A stretch of 64,000 bases of DNA from Azolla caroliniana (lineage: Eukaryota > Plantae > Polypodiophyta). Shown in pieces: positions 26,480-38,120 of the stretch; position 1 is the stretch's first letter, and every line of letters begins with the position of its first letter. The stretch lies in the NCBI GenBank assembly GCA_043228905.1, contig JBHGNT010000013.1, positions 6,696,001 to 6,760,000 on the forward strand, read 5' to 3'. Below the pieces are notes generated by a model. The model was not told the origin of the DNA and searched no databases. It was given only the letters and a program-made list of their open reading frames with translations. A program made the position numbers and the translations under genes.

Positions 26480-29400
26480 TGATAACAAAAGATATATATT
26501 ATGTTAAGAGAATATACAATAGTAGCTAGGAGTCTTAAGAGTAGCGTTGAACCAATTTGGTTCGTAATAATGCCTTGTGCCTCCTTTTATAGTGTTCTCA
26601 CGAGTACTCCTGAAATTTCTAGAATGTTTCAGAGAAATCTGGAATATACATCAATTTTATATAGTAAAATTCAAATGAAAATAATATCCTTTGTATTACA
26701 ACATATAGTGTAATGGTCAAGAGCTTGACCCATGTAACATAAGGTCATGGGTTTGAGTCATGACATAGTGTTGTTGTTATACCTAAGTATTCGGTGCGCG
26801 CACTGAAGGTGCTCCATGGTTGGATGCGCCATAAATTGACTAATCAGTCCGACCAGATAATTGAGATTCGGTCGGGTGATGGTCAGATATATGAGGCTTC
26901 CGGCTATTTGTCTGAACCTTTTCAGGTCGCATGTCATTCTGGAGTCGAGGCGGAGCTTCACATTCCTATCCAGAGTAGTCCAGATGGACTTGCATTCCGT
27001 CATACCGAATTTGAAGAGCATACTCAACACATAGTGGCATTGACTAATCAGTATGCCATCCAAGGTGCAGATCACTTTGATCACAACGAAGTAATGAAGG
27101 TCCCCAAGATCCTTCATGTCAAATGATGCCGCGAGTTCGGTCTTGACATAGTCGATTTCATCCAGGTTGGCATCGGCGATGACTAAATCATCAACATAAA
27201 GAAAAATACTTATCGGCTCGTTCCGAGCCCGCCGGATGAACAGGGAAGAGTCTGACCTCGACACGGAAAACCCCATCCGACGCAATCATTGCGCGATTTT
27301 CACTTCCAGGCACGCGAGGCTTGCTTGAGTCCGTAAAGGGACTTCTTCAGTCGGCAAACAGCCGACGTGTTCATTCTGGACTGAAATCTGGGGGGCTGAA
27401 CCATGTATACTTGTTCCTAAAGATCACCTTATAGGAACGCATTTTTCACATTCATTTGATGTAGATGCCACGCCACCCCTTCGCCGCTGCTACCGCAAGC
27501 AAGACACGGACGGTCTTCATCTTTGCAATCGGCACGAACTTCTCATCATAATCGATGTCGTGTTGTTGCACGTAGCCCTTTGTCACTAATCGGGACTTGT
27601 ACCTATTGAGGAGCCATCGGTGTTGTATTTGACTTTGTATACCCACCAGCAACAAATCTGCTTCACTCCTTTCAGTACGTCCACCAAGTCCCATGTCTCA
27701 TTCTCCATGAGCGTATGCATCTCTTCCTCCATGGCCTTCTCCCAATTTGGATCCTTAGCCGCTTCTGCGTAGCTCTCCGGCTCACGCATAATGATGCACC
27801 ATATACTTGTTATATCTGTAATGAATTACAGGGTGCTTTTGGCGAGTGGATTGGCACAACTTCTGGTTCACCGATTTCGTGGCCCTCTTCGCCGACTCAC
27901 ACTTTTCTCCTGAAGATCAGTCTTTGTTCTTTCCAGAGTCGTATCCATTCTAATCCGACTCATCTCTGCCGGTATCGTATTCCGGCATCTTTTTCTTCCC
28001 CTTTCCTTTGTGCGTGAACTGTCTCCTTGGTTCCTTACGCGGGGAGAGCACGACCGAGTCTTCGCTACTCACCAGCTTGTCATCTAGTTGACCGCTTCGG
28101 CTCAACCAGTCCGGATTTGGTCCACTAATCTGGAGAGAAGTCGCACTATCCGGTTCGGATTCCATTATGCTTCCTTCTATTCCGGAATTAGTTGCATCAT
28201 CCACAGCAATCGGTTTGGGTTCGGGTGATGCGAGGTACCACGATGTTGATTCGTCAAAGACGACATCACAGCTAACAGGGGTTGTTGCACTTATACCCCT
28301 TCTATTCGTCGGAGTAGCCAACCAGGATGCACTTCTCGGATTTTGCATCAAGTTTCATTCGCTTTCCATCCGGCACATGCACATACGCAATGTTATCGAA
28401 TACCCAAATGTGCGCCAAATTCGGCTTCCACTCAAAATACAATTCGTGCGGTGACACCTTTGACCCTAATGCAAATATCCGATTCTATATGTAGACGGTT
28501 GTCCGAATTGCTTTGGCCCAATAAATCCGGGGCATGCTCTTCTCCTCCAACATTGCCCTCGCCGCTTCTACCATGGTCCGATTCCAACGTTCAGCCACGC
28601 CGTTTTGCTCCGGTGTGTATCTACAAGAGAACTCTCGGCGAATTCCCTTCATCTATAGATAACTAGTGAACTGGCTGGAAAAGTACTCTTTCCCGCCGTC
28701 TAATCTCAAACACTTAATCTTCCTTCTGGTTTCTCGCTCTACGTGATTCTTTAGGTCCCGGAAGCAAGAGAAGACTTTGCTCTTCTTCTCGATCAGATAT
28801 ATCCAAGTGTGTCGACTAAAATCCAAGTGTGTCGACTAAAATCGTCCCCGGTTTCGACTACCCCCGGCTTCTCGAGAAAGGAGAACCACTCTTTGTGGTT
28901 CGTCATGTGGTTTGAAGCTCCGGAGTTCACATACCAAACTTCTTCCAACTTCGAGTCAATACTCCCATCCGGTTGGCCTTATGCTTCATTACAAGGGCCG
29001 GTCCCGGCTCTCTCTAAGCCTTCAACGAAGTGTGATCGATGACGCCTGACTGTTGTGTCTTTCCGGCTCGATCCAGCTTTGTCCAAATCAGCTCTCTTCT
29101 TCCAGCTCTCACTTTCTTTATGGCCCTTCCAGCCGTAGTACCAACATTCTGTTTCAGCCTTTCCTTGCCGGTTTCTGGCTTTGCCGCCTTGGCTTCGCCT
29201 ACTTCCGGAGGGTCCAGAATTGTTGTCGGCACCATCTTTGTGCCTCTGATTCTGCTCATGTCGGTTGCCTGTATTGCGCGCTGATCCACCTTGTCCACCA
29301 CGACAACGGGATCTCTCTTCCTCCGTGTACAGCATCGTGTTGTCAGTGTGTGTGCTCCTCGACACACCCGTGTGGTTCTCCTCCACAAGGAGCATTGACT

Positions 29401-29954
29401 GTAAGTCGAAAAAGGAGGGCGTATTCTCCCTTGTACATACCGCAGTCCAGAATGCTCCGAACTTCGACGCCAAGCCCCCGAGACAGACCTGCACCATCTC
29501 ATCATCCTCGACAGTCACGTTGATGGAGACAAATGAATCACATATGTCTTTGATCTGAGCCGTGTAGTCGGCCACCGACATATCCTTCTATCAGACATTG
29601 CTCAACTCTTGTCGGAGTTGCAACTTCCGGGCCGTGGTGCTTGTAGCGAAGACCTTTTTCAGGTTTCCCCAAGCTTCCTTTGGCAACTTGGCGTCCCGGA
29701 TATGGTTGAGTAGCTGATCACTGACACTAGATACAATGCATTACATTACCCTACTTGTTGCTTGTTCCCAAGCAGGGAAGTCTCTGTGTGTCACATCAAG
29801 TGTTGTATCATTAGCTCTGTCGACATAACTCTAGTAGCCATGCCCGAGTAGGTATTGGTGCATCTTGTACGACCAGGATGCATAGTTGGATCTATCGAGC
29901 TTCTCTGTCAAGAGTGAGCTAGCCATTCCTTGGTCCATTCTCTCCTTCCTGTTC

Positions 29955-30154
29955 TTGCTTGTGAGCGTCACTCGTCAACAGCAAAGGATTCTCAACCCTC
30001 GCGCTTTGATACCATGTAAAAGATCATGTGCGGAAGCTAAGATAAAACCGTGTTAGGGTTTGCTTGTGAGCGTCACTCGTCGGCAGCAAAGGATTCTCAA
30101 CCCTCGCGCTTTGATACCATGTAAAGATCATGTGCGGAAGCTAAGATAAAACCG
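29955..30154. repeat. About 95 bp tandem duplication spanning the PBS and LTR end of the host Copia
   Basis: Copies at 29955-30050 and 30060-30154, separated by TGTTAGGGT. Confidence 0.9.
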
Positions 30155-30249
30155 GCTAGTCCGGATAACAACAGAACACACAACAGAGGTTTAATGGAAA
30201 GCTTGAATACACGGGAGAGACAAAGAGAGCAGAACAATAAAATCAATTC

Positions 30250-33200
30250 TAAAGAAATATGAGAAAGCACATCTGTTCTGTAATATACATTTTGTTGGAG
30301 GGAGAAAATACAGAGATCTCTTATTTTTACATGAGGAGAAGTCCCTCTTTATAAAGGCCAAGATCTGGCCGTTGGGCTAACTAGCTGTTGGAACTAACTA
30401 GCCGTTGGGCTAGCCGTTACAACTTTTAAACATTCTCAACACTCCCCCTCAAGATGGGTGAAAAATATCCACTAAGCCCATCTTGTCACACAATCTAGTA
30501 AGACTTACTGGCCCAAGTCCCTTTGTAAGACAATCTGCTACTTGATGTTCAGTAGAAACATGACTCAATTTTAATATTCCATTATCAAGCTTTTCTTTGA
30601 TAAAGAACCTGTCGATTTCGATGTGTTTGGTCCTATCGTGCTGTACCGGATTGTTGGCAATGCTGATTGCTGACTTATTGTCACACCACAACATCATCTG
30701 ATTTTCTTGATTCACCTTTAGTTCTACTAGGAGAGTTCGCAGCCATAACATCTCCGCAACTCCTATAGCAATAGCTCTATACTCTGCTTCAGCTGTTGAC
30801 CTTGCTACTACTGACTGTTTCTTACTCTTCCAAGAGACTAGATTGCCTCCAACAAACATGCAGTATCCTGATGTGGATTTTCTGTCATCAGCACAACTGG
30901 CCCAATCAGAATCACAATAGCCCTCAATGTTAAAATGACCATGTTTTCTGAAGATTAATCCCTTCCCTGGGGCACCTTTGAGATATCTCAGAATATGGTA
31001 CACTGCATCCATATGATCTTTCCTCGGATCATGCATGTAGCGACTTACCACACTTACTGCAAATGAGATATCTGGACGGGTGTGGGTCAAATAAATCAGC
31101 CGACCTACCAATCTTTGATACCTTTCACGATCAACTTTCTCTCCCGCAAGTTCAGTTAGCTTGATCTTTTGGTCGATTGGAGAAGCTACAGGCCTACAAC
31201 CCAACATTCCAGTTTCTTTGAGAAGATCAAGTACATATTTTCGCTGAGATAGAACAACTCCTTCTGCTCCACGAGCTACCTCAATTCCAAGAAAGTAGCG
31301 TAGCAATCCTAGATCCTTCACCTCAAACTCTTTACCCAATTGCATCTTCAGTTGGGCAATTTCTCCTTCATCGTTACCTGTAATAATTATATCATCCACA
31401 TACACAGCAAGCAATGTAGTATGGTCCTTGTGTTGTCGAAAGAACACTGTATGGTCTGCATTCGTCTGTTGGTATCCCATACCCACCATAGCCCTTCTTA
31501 ACCTGTCAAACCAGGCTCGAGGAGATTGCTTTAGTCCATAAAGCGACTTCCTAAGTTTGCAAACCTTACCTACTGTTTGAATTGTACGGAAACCTGGGGG
31601 AACATCCATGTACACTTCCTCCATCAACTCTCCATGAAGGAATGCATTTTTTACATCTAATTGATGTAATTTCCAATCCTTATTCACTGCTAAGGAAATA
31701 AGTGTTCTAACAGTGCTCATCTTCGCCACAGGTGCAAAAGTCTCATCATAGTCAATGCCATATGTCTGACTATATCCTTTAGCCACCAATCGTGCCTTGT
31801 ATCGATCTATTTTTCCCTCTGGGGTCTGTTTTATTGTAAACACCCATTTGCACCCAACCGCCTTCTTTCCCGGTGGTAGTGACACAATCTCCCAAGTTTT
31901 GTTCTTCTCAAGAGCTCCGAGTTCTTCTTGCATGGCTGCTTTCCATTTTGGATCTTCTTTAGCAACCTGCCAACACTTGGGTAAAGTGATAGAGTCTAAT
32001 GATGCAATGAATGCTCTATGTGTAGCTGATATGTTAGAATAAGAGATAAACTGAGCAATATCATGAGGAAAACCATAACGATCAGGAGGGACCCCTGCAT
32101 TACTGCGAGAGGTCCTCCTAATCTCGATAGGAGAAGGAGAGGAAATCATATCACCTGTGATTTCTAGGTTCGGGAGTTCTGTAGGTATTTCAGAAGTCGA
32201 GGCAGGTCGGGACATGGAACTTGATGGCACATGTGGTGCTGAAGACGTGTTCATATTTCCGTCTTTCTGCCTCCTCTTCCTTGTATACACCTTTAGCTCC
32301 CCCTCAACTTGAGTCCCAACACATATAGGCTCCTCGTCTTCGTTTCCTTCTTCTTCCGTACCTCCTACGCTCACTTCTTTCTCAGCTGATGTAGGGATCA
32401 GCAAAGGAATTGATCCTATTTTTAGCAACCTCTCACAATTATCTCCTTCCCTCATATTTTCAGTCTGAATTAAGTCATCAAAGGGTGAAGTTACCCCTTG
32501 TTTATAATATGGCTCTGACTCTCTGAAATGCACATCCATGCTCACAAATAATCTCTTCTCTACTGGACTCCAGCAAACATAGCCTTTTTGTGTGGCAGAG
32601 TATCCCACAAATACACATTTTACAGCTTTAGGATCAAGTTTTCCTACTGATGGTCTACTGTCCTTTACAAAACACACACATCCAAACACCTTCAAAGGAA
32701 GGATTCCAGAGTTATTGCCTTGCAACAACTCACATGGAGACTTCCACTCCAATACTCTAGAGGGCATTCTATTGATCAATGTGGCAGCCGTCAAAACTGC
32801 CTGTCCCCACAACTGCTTTGGGACATTCATAGAAATCATCATGCTTCTCGTTACCTCTAGAAGATGTCTATTCTTCCTCTCTGCTACTCCATTTTGTTCT
32901 GGTGTATATGGGCATGTAGTTTGATGTTGTATTCCTTGATCTGAGAGGTATGCCCTAAATGTCATGTTAGCATACTCTGTTCCATTATCAGACCTCAACA
33001 CTTTTACTACTGCACCATATTGAGTTTGAACTGCTCTATGAAAATCTTTAAAACAAGCAAATACTTCATTCTTTTTCCTCATCAAATATAACCAAGTCAC
33101 ACGAGAGAAGCAGTCAATGAAAGAGACAAAATATCGATATCCATTAATAGAACTTGTGGGACATGGTCCCCAAACATCGGAGTGTATTACATCAAATGCA

Positions 33201-35317
33201 TGGGAACTCCTATGACCCGAACTAGCATATGAACTTTTAGTAAGCTTACCAAATTCACATGCATCACAAACAAGTTTTGTTTTATCCGCCTTTTCAAAAA
33301 GGTGTGGATACACCCGACTCAAAATGCCATAAGAGGCATGTCCCATGCGTTGGTGATGAAGTATTAACAAGTCCTCATAACTCATTCTAGATCCCCTTAC
33401 ATCTATTCCCTCTACCATAGATGCTAATGCTGAATCCAGCCCTTCACGATCCAAATACCATAGTCCACTATGCCATGTGCCAGTCCCAAGTCTCCGACCT
33501 GTCCCTTTCTCCTGGAATATCACCTTGGGAATATCAAAAGAAACAACACATTTTAGTTGGTGTATGATAGAACTTATAGATAATAAGTTTACTGGGAAAG
33601 AAGGAGCATGCAACACATTAGACAATGTCACAGAGTCGGTACATTTTACTGTACCTATACCCACTACAGGTTGTATAGTACCGTCAGCAATTTGAATGCT
33701 TTCTGGCATTGATAAGTGAGTATATGAGGAGAATTCACTAGCATTACCCGTCACATGCCTAGATGCACCAGAATCAATTATCCATTCCGGTGTAGAGGCA
33801 AGAGTATTTGTGTTGCTAGTACTTGTGGCCGAATAAGCATAGGTGGCAGTGTTACCTCTTGACATGAATGAAGTATCATCTGCGGCTCTTTGCTTCCTCC
33901 TAAGTATTTCTAAGAGAGCTTGATCCTCTTCGGTGAACACCACCTTAGTTCCTTCCTCTTCTTTTGCTACCATCAAGTTTGCTTGGTAACCTCCTCGTGC
34001 ACCTCTTCGGCCCCCTCGACCACGACCTCTAGTTTGTCCACGTCCTCCATATTCTCTCTCCTTAGATGGTTTAGGGCAAGCATTCTTGAAATGACCAGCT
34101 TCACCACAATTGTAGCATTTTCGATTTTCACTTCCGCTTGTATTGGACACCATTAGTGCCGATCGTACCCCTGGAAGTCCGGTAGTGTCAGAGAGCAGCT
34201 TCATTCTACTCTCCTCTTGTATCATAGTCGCGATTGCCTCATCAAGTGTAGGAATTTCTGCCTTAGCTAGAAGAACTGCCCTTCTTTGATCAAATGACGG
34301 GTTGAGATGTTTCAAAAATTGCATAGTTCTTCTTTGAGCAGAAATTTCCTTGCTCTTACACTGAGGATCATTGCACACTGTCACAGGCGAGAAATGATCG
34401 TATTCTGCCCATAGACGCTCCAACTCTATGGCATATTCCTGGACCATCCTATCTCCCTGGCAAACAGCATCAATCTCCTGCTCGATTTGAAATACTCTCA
34501 TGTTGTTTCCCCTCCCTGCATACGTCTTTTGCAATTTCTCCCATATCTCCTTTACACTTAAAATTCCATCAACTGTTGTGGCGATTGATGGAATCATGGA
34601 GTTTAGGAGCCACGTGTACAATGACATGTGGGTAGCTCTCCATGCTTTCCATTCATTGCTCGTTTTGATAGGAGGCTCTTTCTCTTCTCCCGTAAGGTAG
34701 CCGTCAAGGCTTCTTCCTGCCAAGGCACCTATAATCCGACGCGACCAGCTCAAGTATGTGGCTGGTCCATCGAGTTTGAACTCAACTGGGAGGAGTTCAA
34801 GTCGGGGTGGTGGTTGCATTCCTGTCACACCTCCAGATGCTACTATCTCAGCCTGTTTCATGTATTTCACCAATGTTTTCACCTCATCTTCATTCAATTT
34901 TGAGAACACATCATCCATCTTGTCAACTTGGCCTATCTCTGCTTTCCTCTTCTGACTTTTTTCCCCAAGTCACCTCTCAATCACATAGCAATGTCATCCC
35001 AAATGAAACAAAAAATCCCCCTTTCCTCTCTTGAATGCTAGGACAGTGCTGTTCCAATCACTGTCATTTCAGCAGAAGGGTAGATCTAGGGATTTGCAGA
35101 GGGGCGGATCTATGCTCTGATACCATAAAGAAATATGAGAAAGCACATCTGTTCTGTAATATACATTTTGTTGGAGGGAGAAAATACAGAGATCTCTTAT
35201 TTTTACATGAGGAGAAGTCCCTCTTTATAAAGGCCAAGATCTGGCCGTTGGGCTAACTAGCTGTTGGAACTAACTAGCCGTTGGGCTAGCCGTTACAACT
35301 TTTAAACATTCTCAACA
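30250..35317 (-). mobile_element. Intact Ty1/Copia retrotransposon, Ale/Retrofit lineage (5068 bp)
   Basis: Identical 192 bp LTRs (30250-30441, 35126-35317) with TG...TA ends. TSD AATTC at 30245-30249 and 35318-35322. PBS TGGTATCAGAGC at 35114-35125. The PPT overlaps the stop codon. Confidence 0.97.
30449..34918 (-). CDS. Gag-Pol polyprotein (gag, CCHC knuckle, protease, integrase, RT, RNase H), 1489 aa
   Basis: Uninterrupted ORF with CYNCGEAGHFKNAC, WIIDSGAS, HSDVWGP, RSDNGTEY, QLDVKNAFLHG, VYVDDII, YCDSDWA and HDRTKHIEID. Confidence 0.98.
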   Translation of the reverse strand: MDDVFSKLNEDEVKTLVKYMKQAEIVASGGVTGMQPPPRLELLPVEFKLDGPATYLSWSRRIIGALAGRSLDGYLTGEEKEPPIKTSNEWKAWRATHMSLYTWLLNSMIPSIATTVDGILSVKEIWEKLQKTYAGRGNNMRVFQIEQEIDAVCQGDRMVQEYAIELERLWAEYDHFSPVTVCNDPQCKSKEISAQRRTMQFLKHLNPSFDQRRAVLLAKAEIPTLDEAIATMIQEESRMKLLSDTTGLPGVRSALMVSNTSGSENRKCYNCGEAGHFKNACPKPSKEREYGGRGQTRGRGRGGRRGARGGYQANLMVAKEEEGTKVVFTEEDQALLEILRRKQRAADDTSFMSRGNTATYAYSATSTSNTNTLASTPEWIIDSGASRHVTGNASEFSSYTHLSMPESIQIADGTIQPVVGIGTVKCTDSVTLSNVLHAPSFPVNLLSISSIIHQLKCVVSFDIPKVIFQEKGTGRRLGTGTWHSGLWYLDREGLDSALASMVEGIDVRGSRMSYEDLLILHHQRMGHASYGILSRVYPHLFEKADKTKLVCDACEFGKLTKSSYASSGHRSSHAFDVIHSDVWGPCPTSSINGYRYFVSFIDCFSRVTWLYLMRKKNEVFACFKDFHRAVQTQYGAVVKVLRSDNGTEYANMTFRAYLSDQGIQHQTTCPYTPEQNGVAERKNRHLLEVTRSMMISMNVPKQLWGQAVLTAATLINRMPSRVLEWKSPCELLQGNNSGILPLKVFGCVCFVKDSRPSVGKLDPKAVKCVFVGYSATQKGYVCWSPVEKRLFVSMDVHFRESEPYYKQGVTSPFDDLIQTENMREGDNCERLLKIGSIPLLIPTSAEKEVSVGGTEEEGNEDEEPICVGTQVEGELKVYTRKRRQKDGNMNTSSAPHVPSSSMSRPASTSEIPTELPNLEITGDMISSPSPIEIRRTSRSNAGVPPDRYGFPHDIAQFISYSNISATHRAFIASLDSITLPKCWQVAKEDPKWKAAMQEELGALEKNKTWEIVSLPPGKKAVGCKWVFTIKQTPEGKIDRYKARLVAKGYSQTYGIDYDETFAPVAKMSTVRTLISLAVNKDWKLHQLDVKNAFLHGELMEEVYMDVPPGFRTIQTVGKVCKLRKSLYGLKQSPRAWFDRLRRAMVGMGYQQTNADHTVFFRQHKDHTTLLAVYVDDIIITGNDEGEIAQLKMQLGKEFEVKDLGLLRYFLGIEVARGAEGVVLSQRKYVLDLLKETGMLGCRPVASPIDQKIKLTELAGEKVDRERYQRLVGRLIYLTHTRPDISFAVSVVSRYMHDPRKDHMDAVYHILRYLKGAPGKGLIFRKHGHFNIEGYCDSDWASCADDRKSTSGYCMFVGGNLVSWKSKKQSVVARSTAEAEYRAIAIGVAEMLWLRTLLVELKVNQENQMMLWCDNKSAISIANNPVQHDRTKHIEIDRFFIKEKLDNGILKLSHVSTEHQVADCLTKGLGPVSLTRLCDKMGLVDIFHPS

Positions 35318-38066
35318 AATTCAAATAATAATACTTTGTACATACAAATGTCCTATAGAACACTTTTCATACAAGTCCTTAAAAGGACTTACATAAGTAC
35401 TGACATGTACTTCAATGCTCATACGAGCGACTGACACTAAGTCCAAGGAATATGCCTACGTACTAGGCTCGGACCGTACGCTCCAACGGCCTACCGGTTC
35501 TCACTATTCCAAAGTACGATCTGGTTCTCCGTTCCAGCTCTAGGTTCCGGATACCAATATATCTAGACACCTACCCTGTTCTCCGTTCCGGATACCAATC
35601 CGGATCCGATTGAGCTTGCCCACTCAACAGGAACTTTGTCTTAGTTGGGACATGTTGAGAACCATATTCACTAGGTCCTCTAGAGCTTAAGTCCCATTAA
35701 GCTTACAAAATTGATACGATGGCAACCCCAAGTTGTTAGCCTTGTGTCTTGTGTTGTGTGGCCGCTTTCAATCTTCACTTCTATGGGCCGTCAAGGCAAT
35801 TTCTACCATCTTAGACTCTTACTTGAACCGCTCTTGATCCTTTGCTCTGCGACACTTTGAGGCCTTTCCTTCATCTTCCCACTTTGCACATCCACCTTGG
35901 TTGAGCACACCTTCATCAAAACCATCTTGACTCGGCCTCGGTAGTCAGTTCCTCTTCTTCTTCATCAAGTTCAACTTGCACTCCCACCATTCGAGAGGAA
36001 CCCTGTCCTGCTTAGGACACTCTCGAGCTAAGTGTGGATGACCACATTTGAAGCAACCTTGGTCGAATCAGGACACTCATTGTGTCTTGCTTCCAATTGA
36101 GAGGTTTGAGGGAGTGACTCGTTCATTCGCCTTGTTTGGCGCCCGATTCCTTGTTGGATGACAAAGTTTTGCAGTTCCTCCTTTTTCCATGGAGTCTTGC
36201 TTGTGTTCGAAGGCTTCCCAATCACCCACATGCTTCGCCATGTGGGTCGCCTCCTCCAAGCTTGCCATTTCCGACTTTTCTACCTCCTTCCTACCCAAAG
36301 GCCACAATTTACATAGAGAAAACCATGCACTTGTTAAAATCGACCATATTAGTTATTTGTGACAATCCTTCTATACTTATATATATTGCTTTAGGTTTCC
36401 AAACTCTTGTTGTAACGATCTCCATGCATGTGGTAGCCTGTATGGCTTGTTTGGTGGGATGAATTACTCTCGCTTGTAATCTTCCCAATCCTTGAAGGGG
36501 CTCCTCTTCTCCACCAAGAGGTACCAATTGTAGGTGTCTTCCTTGAGATATCGGCCCCACTATGTCCAACCATGCTCATGGCCTCACACAACACTACTCC
36601 AAATAGCCCTCCATGTCACAAATCCACTTGTTGAGTACCAAGAGCTCCCTTGCACATACTTAATCCCTGTAGCTCTCCCTCCTTGGTGAGCATTTCTCTC
36701 TCCTTTACTCCTTTAAGATTTCAACCAATTGTGATGTCACGATCTAAACTAGCCTCACCCCCCTTCATGGCACCACGATCGCTTCTTATACAATTCATTC
36801 TCTTCCTCTCTCCTCATACACTTCCTTTTATGTTGTCAACTTCCATTTCTTTGGCATTTTCGCCCCTCCAATTCACATTCCTACTCAGATACAAGTGTTA
36901 TGCCCCAAAAATACAATTAGACTTATTAAACACATGAACATGCGAATGGATATCAAACACGGGACAAAAATGCTCTTATATTATTTACAACACAAAATAT
37001 TGCAAAGAGTCCCAATATTGGGACAAAACAAAAATGTGAGTTGGGACAAGTCAAGACATTTTGTCCATGTCTCGTGCACCAAAATGATGTATGTCTTGAC
37101 TTGTCCTTAACTATTTGGTGCACTATTTTGCCCAATGACCCGTGCACCAAATAGTTGAAGAACCCACACACTTAATACATGCTCAAATGTATCCAGAAGT
37201 TGGAATGAGAAGCACAACTTGAACACCATGGTCAACATACCCTAAACTTCAACACCATGAGAAGTACAAAAACCATGGTTCAAACAACAATGTTCAAACT
37301 TCAACCTTTAAGTAAGGCATTCTAGCCTATTTCAATAACCACATTCAAAGTATTAGATTCCTTAACTATTTCTCTCTAACTCTTTGCCTTTTGACTATTC
37401 TTTGACTAAAAGAATCAAAATGTTTTTATTCTTCATTCTAGAGGTTCAAAAGGTCATCACACTAATATCATACAACAAAAACTTCCAATAATTTAAATTT
37501 TATCATTGCATGGCATCATCATTCCCAATCATTCTAGAAGCTCAAGTACCAATGTGCACATCTAATCAGAAACATCATTATAGAATGGCAATCTTTCCAA
37601 AGCAAGACAACTCCAAAACTCTCCAATAATATCGACAAATTTGTAATAAGAAAGTAAACCATGTCCCATATCATTTAAAATTTACATCATCGAAAAGAAG
37701 TGTTATGAAGTCTTGTTTTATATACCAAATGGAACAATAAGAAACAAACCATCACATATTTTATTGACAGTGTCTTGAATCATATTACATATTATTTTAG
37801 AATTACATCAACAAAATGAATTCATGTTATGGGGCCTTGTTCTTTATATGTTAAACAAAACAATTAAGATATAAACCATCATGTATTTCATTAATATTGT
37901 CTTGATACATGGTTGAAAAGAAACATGTCTTTTTACTTCTTTGGATTTAGGCATTGATCAATCCTTGCCTAAATTGACACTTTTTTTCCTTAAGAATGTC
38001 CATCTTGTACAGTAAAAGAAACCCTAACAAAAAGAAGAAGCTGGCGTTCCAGAGCTCGCCACTGAA

Positions 38067-38120
<54 letters not shown>
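38067..38120. repeat. (ATG)n microsatellite
   Basis: 18 units read directly. Confidence 0.95.

Larger units (their letters stand above)
16563..26765 (-). mobile_element. Ty3/Gypsy chromovirus (Tcn1-like), degenerate
   Basis: 3' LTR 16563-16924 with PPT AAGGGAGGATAG. 5' LTR 21805-26765, split by a LINE. gag ATG at 21644, RT ([13 protein letters not shown]), RNase H (IEVDVSDF...NYEIHDKELL), integrase (IALDFITDLP, GPF), C-terminal chromodomain YEVVAIL...YYLVDWLGY. Confidence 0.9.
15010..35629 (-). mobile_element. Host Ty1/Copia retrotransposon (degenerate) with nested insertions
   Basis: TSD GGAAC at 15005-15009 and 35630-35634. 3' LTR 15010-15460 with PPT 15461-15472. 5' LTR split into 30120-30249 and 35318-35629. 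tRNA-iMet-type PBS TGGTATCAAAGC. gag ATG at about 29938. RT IFLYVDDLVI at about 27200, RNase H GYTDVDWAG at about 16540. Confidence 0.93.

Noticed and set aside
16558-26770. TSD for the chromovirus
   Set aside because: The flanks AAACG and TAGTG do not match, and roughly 14 codons of the host Copia appear to be missing, so no TSD is claimed.
35635-36900. Possible older Gypsy remnant (TGGCGCCCGA at about 36137) hosting the nested stack
   Set aside because: No diagnostic protein motif or LTR pair could be established.
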